Of a stretch of 48,809 nt of DNA, positions 34,565-42,346 are shown one piece after another. Position numbers and translations under genes: made by a program. The stretch spans positions 1 to 48,809 of the forward strand of contig JAQBTT010000002.1 in NCBI GenBank assembly GCA_027624865.1, written 5' to 3'. Source of the DNA: a bacterium. GTDB taxonomy: Bacteria; Patescibacteriota; Minisyncoccia; Minisyncoccales; UBA10102. The notes beneath the pieces are model-generated. The model saw only the letters and a list, made by a program, of their open reading frames with translations. It was not told the DNA's origin and did not search any database. Every line of letters starts with the position of its first letter. Positions within the stretch are counted from its first letter, which is position 1.

Positions 34565-34870
34565 TTACGTTTCCTGTCCACATTTCTTGCAGACTCGGGT
34601 CTTATTTGTTCCTTCCATTTTATATCCTGCGCGTGTCGCCTTATTGCACTTCACGCAAATCAATCGTACGTTCCCAAGTGCGATAGGGTTTTGCTTCTCT
34701 ATAATCTGTCCCTTTTCGCCAGACTTTGTTGGCTTGCGGTGTCTCTTTTTAATATTCACTCCTTCAACAATAACCTTAAGGCCTTGAGGGAACACCTTAG
34801 TAATCTTGCCTTTTTTGCCCTTCTCCTTTCCGGAAGTTATTGTAACAGTGTCTCCAGTTTTTAGTTTCAT
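34565..34870 (-). CDS. rplX: Ribosomal protein uL24
   Basis: 101-aa ORF (MKLKTGDTVTITSGKEKGKKGKI). Confidence 0.93.
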   Translation of the reverse strand: MKLKTGDTVTITSGKEKGKKGKITKVFPQGLKVIVEGVNIKKRHRKPTKSGEKGQIIEKQNPIALGNVRLICVKCNKATRAGYKMEGTNKTRVCKKCGQET

Positions 34871-34946
34871 AGTAGAGTGTTTTTGAAGAATTTTAGTAAT
34901 GTATTAAGTGAAATTCTGAGAAAATGCGATACTATATCGCGTAGCG

Positions 34947-35315
34947 CTATATAATTTCCTTTGCTAATCCTGCTATTTTTGTGAATCCCTTCTCTCGAAT
35001 TTCTCGAGGGAACGGTCCAAACATTCTTCCGCCTTTTGGCTCTTTATCCTTTTCCAAAATCACTGCTGCATTTTCATCAAAGCTAATGTAGGAACCATCC
35101 TTTCTTCGCAAAGCCTTTTTTTGACGAACCACCACTGCTCGCACAACCTCATGCTTTTTAACTAGGCGTCGTGGAAAAGCTTCTTTTACTGCTGCCACAA
35201 TAATATCACCAATTTGTGCATATCGTCTCTTTGATCCTCCAAGCACCTTAAAACACTGGATTATTTTTGCTCCTGAATTATCTGCAACTTTTAATTTTGT
35301 TTGTGCCTGTATCAT
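34947..35315 (-). CDS. rplN: Ribosomal protein uL14
   Basis: 122-aa ORF ([17 protein letters not shown]). Confidence 0.95.
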   Translation of the reverse strand: MIQAQTKLKVADNSGAKIIQCFKVLGGSKRRYAQIGDIIVAAVKEAFPRRLVKKHEVVRAVVVRQKKALRRKDGSYISFDENAAVILEKDKEPKGGRMFGPFPREIREKGFTKIAGLAKEII

Positions 35316-35330
35316 AGCGTACGTTGCCTC

Positions 35331-35567
35331 TTAGAAAACTTTTCTTATTACCTTCCATCGCTTATCCTTGCTCATGGGATTTGCCTCTTCTATGACAACT
35401 ATATCATTCGTTTTGTACTCGTTGTTCTCATCATGCGCCTTGTACCTTTTATGTGAACGATACCTTCTCTTATATTTTGGGTGGGTCTTTAAGGTTTCTA
35501 CCTTAACCACGCAGGTCTTATCCATTTTATCTGAAACCACTACACCTTTTAATTGTTTTTTTGGCAT
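35331..35567 (-). CDS. rpsQ: Ribosomal protein uS17
   Basis: 78-aa ORF ([19 protein letters not shown]). Confidence 0.93.
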   Translation of the reverse strand: MPKKQLKGVVVSDKMDKTCVVKVETLKTHPKYKRRYRSHKRYKAHDENNEYKTNDIVVIEEANPMSKDKRWKVIRKVF

Positions 35568-35571
35568 CGTA

Positions 35572-35757
35572 TTATCTCTTCTCGCGCATAATTGTTTGTA
35601 TCTTTGCTATCGTCCTCCTTGACTCGTGCATCTCTTGCGTATTCTTTACCTTACCTGCTGCGTGCTGAAAGCGAAGCTCTCGTCCTTTTTCTTTCAAGGC
35701 TGTCATCATTTCAAGTAATTCCTTTTCAGTTTTCTCTCGTAATTCTAGTATTTTCAT
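35572..35757 (-). CDS. rpmC: Ribosomal protein uL29
   Basis: 61-aa ORF ([26 protein letters not shown]). Confidence 0.92.
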   Translation of the reverse strand: MKILELREKTEKELLEMMTALKEKGRELRFQHAAGKVKNTQEMHESRRTIAKIQTIMREKR

Positions 35758-36167
35758 GTAGCATCCTTAATAACAATACTGGTCTTCACTGCCAACTTTG
35801 CAGAAGCCTTACGCAAAGCTTCTCTTGCCATGTCTTCTTTAATCCCTTCAATTTCAAATATTATTCTACCAGGTCGAATTGGAAAAGCGTAATGGTCAAC
35901 TGCCCCCTTTCCGCCACCCATGGGAGTCTCAGCTCCTTTCTTTGTAATGGGTTTGTCTGGGAAAATACGAATCCACATCTTTCCTCCTTTTCTCAAGTAG
36001 CGAATAATCGCGCGGCGTCCGGCTTCAATCTGGCGCGCTGGAACCCATTTTGTCCCTTGAGACTTTAAACCATAGCTACCAAAGGAGAGCTGGTTTCCGC
36101 TGTGGGACAACCCTTTACTTCTCCCCTTTCGTACTTTTCTATGTTTTACTTTTTTTGGAGCTAACAT
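35754..36167 (-). CDS. rplP: Ribosomal protein uL16
   Basis: 137-aa ORF ([16 protein letters not shown]...). Confidence 0.94.
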   Translation of the reverse strand: MLAPKKVKHRKVRKGRSKGLSHSGNQLSFGSYGLKSQGTKWVPARQIEAGRRAIIRYLRKGGKMWIRIFPDKPITKKGAETPMGGGKGAVDHYAFPIRPGRIIFEIEGIKEDMAREALRKASAKLAVKTSIVIKDAT

Positions 36168-36194
36168 ATGCGAAAATAAATTTATTTATTGAGC

Positions 36195-36281
36195 ACCCCG
36201 CCCTCTATGCCGTTCAAACTGTGTAATCTTTCATTGCTCAAACAGCTTAGAGGGCGGGGTTTCGTAGCGCTTCTGCGCTAC
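36195..36281. repeat. GC-clamped hairpin repeat, family B (copy B3), plus the accessory hairpin gtagcgc-ttct-gcgctac
   Basis: accccgccctcta...tagagggcggggt at 36195-36260. The small hairpin at 36264-36281 contains the rpsC TAG stop. Shared leader gctcaataaataaatttattttcgc before the rplP ATG. Confidence 0.85.
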
Positions 36282-36910
36282 TCAAATACTTCCCCTTTAT
36301 ACAACCACACCTTCACTCCAACAGCGCCATAGGTGGTTCTTGCCTCAACAAGAGCATAATCAATAATTGCGCGTTGTGTTTGCAATGGCAAACGTCCCTC
36401 TTTCAACACTTCTCTTCTGGCAATATCCGCTCCACCCAAACGTCCTGCAATCGCAAATTTCACTCCTTCAATGCCTTTGGTGGATGAAACTTTCTGCATC
36501 ATCTGCTTCATCACACGGCGATGTGGCATTCTCTTTTCCAACTGCTGGGCAATGTTTTGCGCCACTAATGTTGCTGACTCAAAAGGATTCTTGATCTCTC
36601 GAATCTCCAAACGAACATCTTTTGCCAAAACAAACTTTTGCAGTGCCTTCTTTACAATTTCAATTCCAGAACCCCCTCTTCCAATAATTAGTCCTGGTCT
36701 TCCAGAGCTTATGATAACGGTGAGGCGTCCAGCAAATCGTTCAATCTCAATGGCTTCCAGTGAAGCTTCCTTTAGTCTTGCTTCCAAAAATTCTCGGATA
36801 CGAAAATCCTCTTCCAAAGTCTTTGCGTATGCTTTCTTCTCAACCCAACGAGAAAGCCAATCTTTGGTTTCACGAATACGAAATATTTTTGGGTGTACTT
36901 TATGTGACAT
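36278..36910 (-). CDS. rpsC: Ribosomal protein uS3
   Basis: 210-aa ORF (MSHKVHPKIFRIRETKDW...). Confidence 0.94.
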   Translation of the reverse strand: MSHKVHPKIFRIRETKDWLSRWVEKKAYAKTLEEDFRIREFLEARLKEASLEAIEIERFAGRLTVIISSGRPGLIIGRGGSGIEIVKKALQKFVLAKDVRLEIREIKNPFESATLVAQNIAQQLEKRMPHRRVMKQMMQKVSSTKGIEGVKFAIAGRLGGADIARREVLKEGRLPLQTQRAIIDYALVEARTTYGAVGVKVWLYKGEVFE

Positions 36911-36935
36911 GCGAAAATAAATTTATTTATTGAGC

Positions 36936-37054
36936 ACCCCGCCCTCTAGGCTCTATGTACTGTTGTTGAAGACTCACAGGGCAAGATTTCTTTCAATATA
37001 GCGTCTTCAAACATACAGCATAGAGGGCGGGGTTTCGTAGCGCTTCTGCGCTAC
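36936..37054. repeat. GC-clamped hairpin repeat, family B (copy B4), plus the accessory hairpin
   Basis: The same arms and the same gtagcgcttctgcgctac hairpin as B3, but a different loop. Shared leader before the rpsC ATG. Confidence 0.85.
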
Positions 37055-37567
37055 TTAAATAGCCTTTCTTCTAAAGAATCTTGCTGCTCCCTTTGGTTCT
37101 TTTTGTCGTGGAGCAATGGACTGCTTCTCCTTTGCGTAAGTTTTTGGAACCTCCTTCTTTGTGCTTGTCGCCTCAATAATCTCTTTTTGTGCGTTCATAG
37201 CTTCTCCTTTCTTTGGCTTTACCGCTTCTGTTCCTTCAATTTCATCTACAACAATAGTGATATGGGAAGTCTTCTTTTGAATCTCAAATGCTTGCCCACG
37301 AGCTCTTGGACGAAATCTTTTTAACTTTGGTCCTTCATTCACAGCAATATGTGAGATGTATAGATTAGCTGCTTTTGCTTGGAAGTTATGCACTGCGGAA
37401 GCAACAGCTGAGTTTAATGTTTTTAACACCGGCAATGCTGAATGTTTTGCAGCAAATTGAAGTAAGGACTGTGCTTCCACAACCTTCTTTCCACGAACAA
37501 GATCCACTGACATGCGAACCTTACGAGGCGCAATTCTTAAATATCTCAATGTTGCTGTTGCTTTCAT
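37055..37567 (-). CDS. rplV: Ribosomal protein uL22 with a long C-terminal extension
   Basis: The ORF was trimmed to MKATATLRYLRIAPRKVR...; about 60 extra C-terminal residues. Confidence 0.92.
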   Translation of the reverse strand: MKATATLRYLRIAPRKVRMSVDLVRGKKVVEAQSLLQFAAKHSALPVLKTLNSAVASAVHNFQAKAANLYISHIAVNEGPKLKRFRPRARGQAFEIQKKTSHITIVVDEIEGTEAVKPKKGEAMNAQKEIIEATSTKKEVPKTYAKEKQSIAPRQKEPKGAARFFRRKAI

Positions 37568-37571
37568 AGTA

Positions 37572-37892
37572 TTACTTCTTTGCTGCAGGAGCCGGGACAA
37601 GTCCTGCCTTTGACTTTTGTTCTGCCTCCTTTTGTATCTTTCCCCCGTGTCTTACAAACTTTGTTGTTGCGGAAAATTCTCCTAACTTATGTCCTACCAT
37701 TTCCTCTACCACTCGCACAGGCACAAAGTCCTTTCCATTATGTACTCCAAAGGTAAACCCAACCATTTCAGGGGTAATCGTAGCTCTTCTTGACCAAGTC
37801 TTAATAACAGTGGAGTCCCCCTGCTTTATGTCCTTGAACTGAGCTATCAAATGCTCATCAATATATGGGCCTTTTTTTAAACTTCGTGCCAT
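37572..37892 (-). CDS. rpsS: Ribosomal protein uS19
   Basis: 106-aa ORF ([15 protein letters not shown]...). Confidence 0.94.
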   Translation of the reverse strand: MARSLKKGPYIDEHLIAQFKDIKQGDSTVIKTWSRRATITPEMVGFTFGVHNGKDFVPVRVVEEMVGHKLGEFSATTKFVRHGGKIQKEAEQKSKAGLVPAPAAKK

Positions 37893-37894
37893 TC

Positions 37895-38674
37895 TTATTT
37901 CTTCTTTTTCTTTTTTCTACGAGATACAATAAGCTTGTCGGACCATTTCTTCTTTCTTGTTTTTACTCCCAACGCATGTTTTCCCCAAGGGGTCTTTGGA
38001 TACTTCATTCCCCTTCCGGTTCTTCCTTCACCACCTCCATGTGGGTGATCCACTGGGTTCATCACGGTTCCTCGAACCGTAGGACGCCACCCCATTTTGC
38101 GACGGGTTCCAGCTTTTTTCAGCACCTTGTACCTATGTTCTGGGTTAGAGATTGATCCTACTGATGCATAGCTCTTTGAAGAAATCTTTCGTGCTTCACC
38201 AGAAGGCATTTGCACCTGTGTGTACCCTGCATCGTGAGCCAATATTTGAGCTGAGGCTCCCGCTCCGCGTACAAGCTTTCCTCCTCGGTCCGGCGCAACT
38301 TCAATATTATATACAACAGTTCCTGTAGGAATATTTGCAAGGCGCATTCTGTTCCCATTTTTTACCTCAGCTTTTTCCTTTGTTATAATCTCCTCCCCTA
38401 CCTTTAAGTCATAGGGGGCAAGAACATATGCTTTCTCTTCATTCTCATATTGCACCAATGCAAGAAGTGAAGTTCGGTTAGGATCATACTCAATAGCAAG
38501 TACTTTTCCTGGCATATTAATATGCAATTGCCCAAAATCAACTGCACGATACATTTTCCTTGCTCCACCTCCACGGTGACGAATGGTGATGCGCCCCGTA
38601 TTGTTTCTCCCTGATTTTGTCTTCAATCGGGAAAGCAATGCTTTTTCAGGCTTTTTCTTTGAAATTATTTTCAT
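37895..38674 (-). CDS. rplB: Ribosomal protein uL2
   Basis: The ORF was trimmed to [11 protein letters not shown]...; contains [16 protein letters not shown] and [14 protein letters not shown]. Confidence 0.94.
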   Translation of the reverse strand: MKIISKKKPEKALLSRLKTKSGRNNTGRITIRHRGGGARKMYRAVDFGQLHINMPGKVLAIEYDPNRTSLLALVQYENEEKAYVLAPYDLKVGEEIITKEKAEVKNGNRMRLANIPTGTVVYNIEVAPDRGGKLVRGAGASAQILAHDAGYTQVQMPSGEARKISSKSYASVGSISNPEHRYKVLKKAGTRRKMGWRPTVRGTVMNPVDHPHGGGEGRTGRGMKYPKTPWGKHALGVKTRKKKWSDKLIVSRRKKKKKK

Positions 38675-38678
38675 GTAA

Positions 38679-39113
38679 TTATCTTGAAATAATATCAAGG
38701 GTTTGTCCCTCTTGTAAATGAACGATAGCCTTTTTCATTCCTGGCTTTACCACTGCTCTCTTTCCAGCACCAATCTTGCGCGCTGGCTTTATTGTCAGAC
38801 GGACCCCTTTTACGCCAACTCCATACAGAGCCTCAACAGATTGCTTCACAGCTCCCTTTGTTGCTGTAGGGTGGACACGAAACACGTACTGCTTTTGCTC
38901 AGCTAGCCAAGATGCTTTCTCTGTAATATGTGGACTCTGCAGTACAGATGAAAGAGCAGGAGTCATCTTCTTCCCTTTACTCTTTACTGCTGGGGCCGCT
39001 TTCTTTACTACTTCATCTTTTTTCTTTGATGTTTCTTTTTTCTCAACCAAAGGGCGCGCAGTTCGCAGCGCAGTTTTCTCTTTTGTTCCCTTTTTAAAAA
39101 GATTAAACGCCAT
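38679..39113 (-). CDS. rplW: Ribosomal protein uL23 with a Lys-rich N-terminal extension
   Basis: 144-aa ORF; the C-terminal 95 aa are L23-like (VLQSPHITEKAS...YVFRVHPTATK). Confidence 0.9.
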   Translation of the reverse strand: MAFNLFKKGTKEKTALRTARPLVEKKETSKKKDEVVKKAAPAVKSKGKKMTPALSSVLQSPHITEKASWLAEQKQYVFRVHPTATKGAVKQSVEALYGVGVKGVRLTIKPARKIGAGKRAVVKPGMKKAIVHLQEGQTLDIISR

Positions 39114-39114
39114 G

Positions 39115-39744
39115 TTAGCTCAAAAATGTTTCCTCAATTACTTTTAAAGATTCTTTTGGCAAAACAATGTAGGTAATTTGGGTGAGCAACAATGCGCTCA
39201 ATTCTCTTGCCTGCACGGTTTGTACATAAGGAATGTTTTGTGCCGCGCGAATAATCTTTTCGTCCATTGTAGGCAATACAAGCAATGTGCTCTTTTTCTC
39301 AAAAGGAAGTCCATTGAGTATTGCAACTAAGTCCTTTGTCTTTGCCTTCTCTATATTTAGGGAATCCAAAACAATGACCTGCTTTTGTCGGAGTTTCTCA
39401 GACAAAACAGTAAATAAGGCCTTTCTTCTCATTTTCACGTTCAATTTTCGCTTGTAGTTTCGCTCTGCTGTTGGTCCGTGAGTAACTCCACCTCCACTCC
39501 AAATAGGAGAGCGGATAGAGCCATGACGAGCTCGTCCTGTGCCCTTTTGACGCCAAGGCTTCTTTCCACCTCCACTCACTTCACTTCGGTCCTTTACTTT
39601 TGCTGATACCTGTCGTTGGTTCCCCATCTGAATAACTGTAACCTGCTGCAGCAAATCATCATTTCGTGCAACATCAAAAATCTTCTTTGCAAGCTCCAAC
39701 TCCTCAACTTTCTCTCCTTTTATGTTGATAACTGCTTGTTTCAT
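39115..39744 (-). CDS. rplD: Ribosomal protein uL4
   Basis: 209-aa ORF (GGGKKPWRQKGTGRARHGSIRSPIWSGGG). Confidence 0.94.
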   Translation of the reverse strand: MKQAVINIKGEKVEELELAKKIFDVARNDDLLQQVTVIQMGNQRQVSAKVKDRSEVSGGGKKPWRQKGTGRARHGSIRSPIWSGGGVTHGPTAERNYKRKLNVKMRRKALFTVLSEKLRQKQVIVLDSLNIEKAKTKDLVAILNGLPFEKKSTLLVLPTMDEKIIRAAQNIPYVQTVQARELSALLLTQITYIVLPKESLKVIEETFLS

Positions 39745-40301
39745 ACTTTTCCTTCAATAAAAAGGAGCGTGCCTGGACGACCAGGTACAGCTCCTTTTAC
39801 TGAGAGTGTATTGCTTTCAATATCAATTTGCACTATTTTAAGGTTTTTCACTGCAATCCTATCTCCTCCCATTCTTCCAGGCATACGTCTTCCTTTAATA
39901 ACTCGCTGTGGATACCTACTCCCAACAGATCCAATGGTTCGATGTTCGTGCTTTACACCATGTGAAGCGCTCTTTCCGTGCATTCCGTGTCGTTTTACAC
40001 CTCCTTGAAATCCCTTCCCTTTGGAAATACCAGATACTTTTACGCTATCCCCTTCCTCAAATATAGAAATAGTCGCCTCATCTCCAACCTCCAAAGCAGT
40101 TCCCTTAATCTCTTTTATTGCTTTAAACCCTTTTTTCTTCTTTGGCTCAAATCCAACCTGAATTGCCTCATACCCATTAACTTCCATAGTGAGCTTTCGC
40201 AAAACAGAAATAGGCCCAGCTTCAATAACGGTCACAGGAATGACTTTATCTTCTTTAAATATCTGGGTCATACCCAATTTTCTTCCTAGTATGCTTTTCA
40301 T
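39741..40301 (-). CDS. rplC: Ribosomal protein uL3
   Basis: 186-aa ORF (ILGRKLGMTQIF...GKGFQGGVKRHG). Confidence 0.94.
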   Translation of the reverse strand: MKSILGRKLGMTQIFKEDKVIPVTVIEAGPISVLRKLTMEVNGYEAIQVGFEPKKKKGFKAIKEIKGTALEVGDEATISIFEEGDSVKVSGISKGKGFQGGVKRHGMHGKSASHGVKHEHRTIGSVGSRYPQRVIKGRRMPGRMGGDRIAVKNLKIVQIDIESNTLSVKGAVPGRPGTLLFIEGKV

Positions 40302-40319
40302 AAATGGTTTATATCTTTA

Positions 40320-40346
40320 CAACAAAACACCGGACCTAACCCGGTG
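40320..40346 (-). terminator. Terminator-like hairpin in the rplC leader (candidate attenuator)
   Basis: caccgg-gttaggt-ccggtg followed by TTTTGTTG, about 20 nt upstream of the rplC ATG and about 65 nt downstream of a promoter. Confidence 0.45.
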
Positions 40347-40409
40347 CTCAAAAAAGCTTTCGGTTAAACCCTCACTGCTCACAAGGCTAGCTTAGTGTTC
40401 ACAAAATAG

Positions 40410-40438
40410 AGTATATATCAATGACAAAAGAATGTCAA
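40410..40438 (-). promoter_or_regulatory. Sigma70-like promoter TTGACA-17-TATACT for rplC and downstream genes
   Basis: -35 at 40433-40438 and -10 at 40410-40415. Confidence 0.65.
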
Positions 40439-40588
40439 TAACAAAAAGGGTTGGGGAAGAGGAGGAAGGCTTGGAGCGGTAGCTCAACAAAGCGCATGCC
40501 CCTCCTGGACGAGTCATGTCGCCCAGTCCCGCTTTCCCTATACCATCTTTAAAATAATAAGCAAGATGATGTACGAGATGAGTTCAAA

Positions 40589-40616
40589 TGAAAAGCCCCG
40601 TTTTTCTTCACGGGGC
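40589..40616 (-). terminator. Intrinsic terminator after the Cys-rich ORF
   Basis: gccccg-tgaagaaaaa-cggggc followed by TTTTC on the minus strand. Confidence 0.75.
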
Positions 40617-40644
40617 TTTGTTCTCTCTTAAGCTATGGGGCATC

Positions 40645-40872
40645 TTATGCACTTTCTTGAGCAGCCTCTTGCATCCGCTCCTTCCGTTCCCCTTCTGTAA
40701 GTCCCCGCCCCCACCATTTAGGACAACTTCCATCAGGGCAAAGATGCACGTCAGGCTCGCTACAGGTGCCACAGAGAGACAGGCCACACCCACCACCAAC
40801 TGGGCAAGACCATTCCATTCCTCCAGTTGGCTGCGCGCATTGCCCGCAAACTCTTACCTCAGGCATCTTCAT
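40645..40872 (-). CDS. Hypothetical 75-aa Cys-rich (8 Cys, two CxxC) protein
   Basis: MKMPEVRVCGQCAQPTGGMEWSCPVGGGCGLSLCGTCSEPDVHLCPDGSCPKWW...; GGAGG 4 nt upstream; GC-rich; has its own terminator. Confidence 0.6.
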   Translation of the reverse strand: MKMPEVRVCGQCAQPTGGMEWSCPVGGGCGLSLCGTCSEPDVHLCPDGSCPKWWGRGLTEGERKERMQEAAQESA

Positions 40873-40979
40873 CCTACCTCCAAGCTACCAAGTCTAATCT
40901 ATTCATACCACTCTCATCTAAGAAATCAACTTTATTAAAAAATCACCTAAATGGCAATTCTCTCTTAGTACCCATATAT

Positions 40980-41010
40980 CAATACCACACCATGGTATGG
41001 TGTGGTATTG
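40980..41010. promoter_or_regulatory. Perfect 14-bp inverted repeat (3-nt spacer) upstream of the Cys-rich ORF
   Basis: caataccacaccat ggt atggtgtggtattg. Confidence 0.5.
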
Positions 41011-41054
41011 GTACAAGATAAAAAGTACCAGAGGTATCTGTTAATATCTTAACT

Positions 41055-41088
41055 AGAGCGCGGCCGAGAACTGTTCTCGGCCGCCCAA
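41055..41088. repeat. 34-nt GC-rich palindromic repeat R (copy 1)
   Basis: agagCgcggccgagaac t gttctcggccgcccaa; identical to 41756-41789 apart from one base. Confidence 0.85.
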
Positions 41089-41126
41089 GCTTCGCTAAGC
41101 TTAACTAGGTTTAGGAGGATTAAAAA

Positions 41127-41170
41127 CAAAAAAAGAAAGCCTCGCACAGGATTATTGCCGTGTGCGAGGC
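41127..41170 (-). terminator. Intrinsic terminator after the 106-aa ORF
   Basis: gcctcgcaca-12 nt-tgtgcgaggc followed by a long T-rich run on the minus strand. Confidence 0.85.
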
Positions 41171-41187
41171 TTTTTGAAACGCATATC

Positions 41188-41508
41188 TCATGCAGTCAAA
41201 AGAACGGGATTGCCCAAGCTGTTATGAAGCGCCTCAACGACTATTGGCGGGCTGGCCGGAACAAACACTCGTTGAAGCTTTGGAGCCTCCAAAACAGAAC
41301 CCCATGCCTTTGCTCCTTGTACCGCGCGCAAAAGTGTTCTACGAAGAGCCCTGGAAGAAGTACAAAAGATATAGGAATCTGCACCCCAAAGTCCAAACTC
41401 AAGGCCGGGAATGCGAACTATCCAAAGAAAACCGTCGTTTTCTGGAAAGAGCCATATCTCTGGCTCACTTGTTATTTCCTGAAGCTGGATGGTCAACATG
41501 GTCAACAT
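41188..41508 (-). CDS. Hypothetical 106-aa protein
   Basis: MLTMLTIQLQEITSEPEIWLFPENDGFLWIVRIPG...; GGGGAGGGA 4 nt upstream of the ATG; promoter and terminator present. Confidence 0.55.
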   Translation of the reverse strand: MLTMLTIQLQEITSEPEIWLFPENDGFLWIVRIPGLEFGLWGADSYIFCTSSRALRRTLLRAVQGAKAWGSVLEAPKLQRVFVPASPPIVVEALHNSLGNPVLLTA

Positions 41509-41555
41509 AGTATCCCTCCCCTGCTTTCTATTCGTGTGGTAAAACGCTTTCACCC

Positions 41556-41584
41556 AGATTACGCAACTTCACCGCTATAGTCAA
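41556..41584 (-). promoter_or_regulatory. Candidate promoter TTGACT-17-TAATCT
   Basis: -35 at 41579-41584 and -10 at 41556-41561, upstream of the 106-aa ORF. Confidence 0.45.
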
Positions 41585-41703
41585 CACAGCTAAACCAAAA
41601 ACCCGCCCACATGGCGATTCTGTAAAACTTGCTCCGAGCAAGGTGGGGATAACTTAGCCTGACTAAGTTTGAATAACTAAATTCGGTTTAGCTTTCTGCA
41701 ATG

Positions 41704-41738
41704 CTGGGCTGGGCTAAGACTGTCTTAGCCCAGCCCAG
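41704..41738. repeat. Perfect 17+1+17 palindrome
   Basis: ctgggctgggctaagac t gtcttagcccagcccag, with a single central T like repeat R and the TrpR-flanking palindromes. Confidence 0.85.
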
Positions 41739-41755
41739 TACGCGTTCGCCTATCC

Positions 41756-41789
41756 AGAGGGCGGCCGAGAACTGTTCTCGGCCGCCCAA
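41756..41789. repeat. 34-nt GC-rich palindromic repeat R (copy 2)
   Basis: agagGgcggccgagaac t gttctcggccgcccaa. Confidence 0.85.
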
Positions 41790-41873
41790 TGTTGCTCCCC
41801 TTGCAGAACGTACTAAGAACTTTTGAGTGGATGAGTATAAAGGAAAAAATGAGGAAATTTCCTTCTTTTATGC

Positions 41874-41908
41874 AAAAGAAAGCCCGAGTTGCCATTGCTA
41901 CTCGGGCT
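41874..41908 (-). terminator. Intrinsic terminator after the 84-aa membrane ORF
   Basis: agcccgag-12 nt-ctcgggct followed by TTCTTTT on the minus strand. Confidence 0.8.
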
Positions 41909-41953
41909 CTTGATTCTTCGTTTCTCATCTCGTCAACTGTAAAGATTCACAAA

Positions 41954-42208
41954 CTACGGCCAACCCTTCTTGGCTACTATTCGGTGGGTGATGGAACCAA
42001 ACAGTAGTCCAGCGAGTCCACCAATGAGTACGCCAACACCGATGCTGTCCCCTCTAACAGATTCAGAAAGAAGACATAGGGCAAGCATGACAAGCATGCC
42101 TAGCACCACCCCACCAAGAACTCCTAAAAGTTCTCTCGAGAAGACGTCGAAAAAAAGATGTGCGACAAAGTACAGCGGTACAGCGAGCTTTACTGGATTA
42201 TCATTCAT
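41954..42208 (-). CDS. Hypothetical 84-aa two-TM glycine-zipper membrane peptide
   Basis: MNDNPVKLAVPLYFVAHLFF...GVLGGVVLGMLVMLAL...GVGVLIGGLAGLLFG...; AAGGGAG 6 nt upstream of the ATG, downstream of a TATAAT promoter. Confidence 0.6.
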   Translation of the reverse strand: MNDNPVKLAVPLYFVAHLFFDVFSRELLGVLGGVVLGMLVMLALCLLSESVRGDSIGVGVLIGGLAGLLFGSITHRIVAKKGWP

Positions 42209-42251
42209 GATAACTCCCTTCCCAATCATAGGATCACTATCGTGTCTTGCC

Positions 42252-42279
42252 ATTATACCTATTCTCTCTTGTAATTCAA
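42252..42279 (-). promoter_or_regulatory. Sigma70-like promoter TTGAAT-16-TATAAT
   Basis: -10 at 42252-42257 and -35 at 42274-42279. Confidence 0.6.
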
Positions 42280-42295
42280 TGAAGGCTACGCTACC

Positions 42296-42320
42296 AAAAA
42301 ACCGCCCCGAAAGGGGCAGT
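42296..42320 (-). terminator. Short intrinsic terminator directly after rpsJ
   Basis: GCCCC-tttc-GGGGC followed by GGTTTTTT on the minus strand. Confidence 0.6.
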
Positions 42321-42346
42321 TCTTTCAAACTAAGCTTAGCTTAGTT

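Noticed and set aside
40450-40535. The GC-rich segment ggagcggtagctcaac...gtcccgctttccc looked tRNA-like or SRP-like
   Set aside because: A hand fold gives no anticodon arm or T-loop consensus and no SRP domain IV motif. Only local hairpins form (ctggacga/tcgcccag). It is left unannotated inside the island.
41155-41580. Plus-strand ORFs (41155-41580 and 41190-41510) are alternatives to the 106-aa minus-strand ORF
   Set aside because: Only the minus-strand ORF has an SD at the correct spacing, an upstream promoter-like sequence and a downstream terminator. The plus-strand translations are low-complexity and basic. The strand call still carries uncertainty.
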